Position numbers and translations under genes: made by a program. DNA of 63,197 bases, filler included, from Trichosphaerium sp. ATCC 40318 (taxonomy: Eukaryota > Protista > Tubulinea), in assembly GCA_038496445.1 (NCBI GenBank). It is 3 parts of 3 records of this genome, joined end to end, with 100 filler letters (N's around TTAATTAATTAA, not from the genome) between each part and the next. Parts side by side here need not be neighbours in the genome. Positions count along the whole stretch, not along the records: positions 49,960 to 63,197 come from JALMLS010000591.1; 2 more parts are not named here. One strand, 5' to 3'. The notes under the pieces were generated by a model. The model did not search any database, had not been told where the DNA came from, and saw only the letters and a list, made by a program, of their open reading frames with translations. Position 1 is the first letter of the stretch; every line of letters begins with the position of its first letter. Shown here piece after piece: positions 62,222-63,197 of the stretch.

Positions 62222-63197
62222 GTTTGAATGTTAAATGTCGAATATTTGACAAAAAATGTCGAGTTTTGGTGAATTGTTTTGCTGTAGACTGTAGTGTTGT
62301 TTTTGGTTTATTGACTAGTCAGACCATGTGACTGTGAATAATATCACGTGATTGGCCCACTTCTTCCGAAAATAAGAACTGTTTTCTGAAATAACGTATC
62401 TTGTTAACAGTGACTCAGTTATACATAATACAGTGCATTTACACGTTAAATAAACAACAATCTGAAGAGAACCAGTAATTTTGAAGAGGTTTGGGGCTTC
62501 AAAGAACAATGAAGTGTCAAACACCCTCAAAATAGATACATAGGCGTCACAGACGCGTAGAAAAGCTAAATATACATATTTTACAATAGTTGGTAAAATG
62601 TCGATGTAAAGACCTGATGCTGTTACCTAACCTCTCTTTTGCACATTAACAGGTCATATTAAAGCATTATTAGTTGTTTGCCACTGTTTTAAAAAGGTTG
62701 AAGCTTCAAAGAAACACGAAGAATGAAACCACTTCAAACCACAAGGATAGCATTTTCCACGCGTAGATATGTCCAGTAGAGACTTTGAATATTTTTTTGA
62801 CAGTCAAACAAGATTGTTGATATAATTACAAGGAGTCTTAAAAAGGAAACGTGCTAAGACTCTATCAGCGCTTTCACCAGACCTATTAAACGTATCAACA
62901 ATGGTATGAGGTATTAACATTAAGTACTTGCTAAAATAGGAGCAAAAACTTAAAAACCATTTGTTGCTCTCATTAAAACACATAATGGAGGAAGGTACTC
63001 CTCCAGAATACAATGTTGCGGCTGATGTAACGCCTGAAATGTTCAAAACACTTGGAGTGTGGATCCATGGTGACCGTTTGGTACTTTACACCAATACAAA
63101 GAAAGATTTTGCCTACCAATGGCATACGGACAACAATGGAGCACTCATCAAGAAGAATTCAGTGTGGGCTCATTACTTTAAATGCCCTAACCGTAAG
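62222..63197 (+). mobile_element. Second copy of the MULE (partial; transposase ATG at 62985)
   Basis: Mirror of 52478-53453, with the same flanking TSD half (GCAAATTAAT at 62212-62221). Confidence 0.88.

Larger units (their letters stand above)
58517..63197. repeat. Right arm of the large inverted duplication (runs off the window)
   Basis: Reverse complement of 52478-57158. Confidence 0.97.

Overview
Eukaryotic, AT-rich genomic DNA with many short (~40-70 nt) spliceosomal introns, probably from a protist (amoeba-like gene content; inference). The window is three pieces joined by N-TTAATTAATTAA-N linkers (25173-25271, 49860-49959), so adjacency across them is unproven. Host genes: an ankyrin protein; a large VIT/vWA-like/EF-hand/TPR/DUF2135-type protein with two embedded eIF5A-like GKHG domains; a mucin-like surface protein; two intronless F-box/LRR genes; rlmN; an S41 peptidase homologue lacking its catalytic Ser; an AhpC/TSA redoxin; a divergent EF-1alpha; three paralogous secreted proteins; Rpp21; an F-box...SPRY protein; a TspO-like membrane protein; an EF-hand/ubiquitin-like protein. 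Mobile DNA: a Ty3/gypsy LTR retrotransposon (79-bp LTRs, 5-bp TSD) inserted exactly at a host start codon and carrying five repeated predicted pseudoknots, a -1 frameshift signal and a nested 682-bp insertion; a 4.7-kb PIF/Harbinger/ISL2EU-type transposon with three extra genes; and a Mutator element. The last ~11 kb is a near-perfect inverted duplication of an ankyrin/Zn-finger/PARP-like gene plus the Mutator end. The top candidate for a new system is the tandem eIF5A hypusine-loop mimic inside the VIT-DUF2135 protein. Exon structures and family assignments were made by eye, without database searches.
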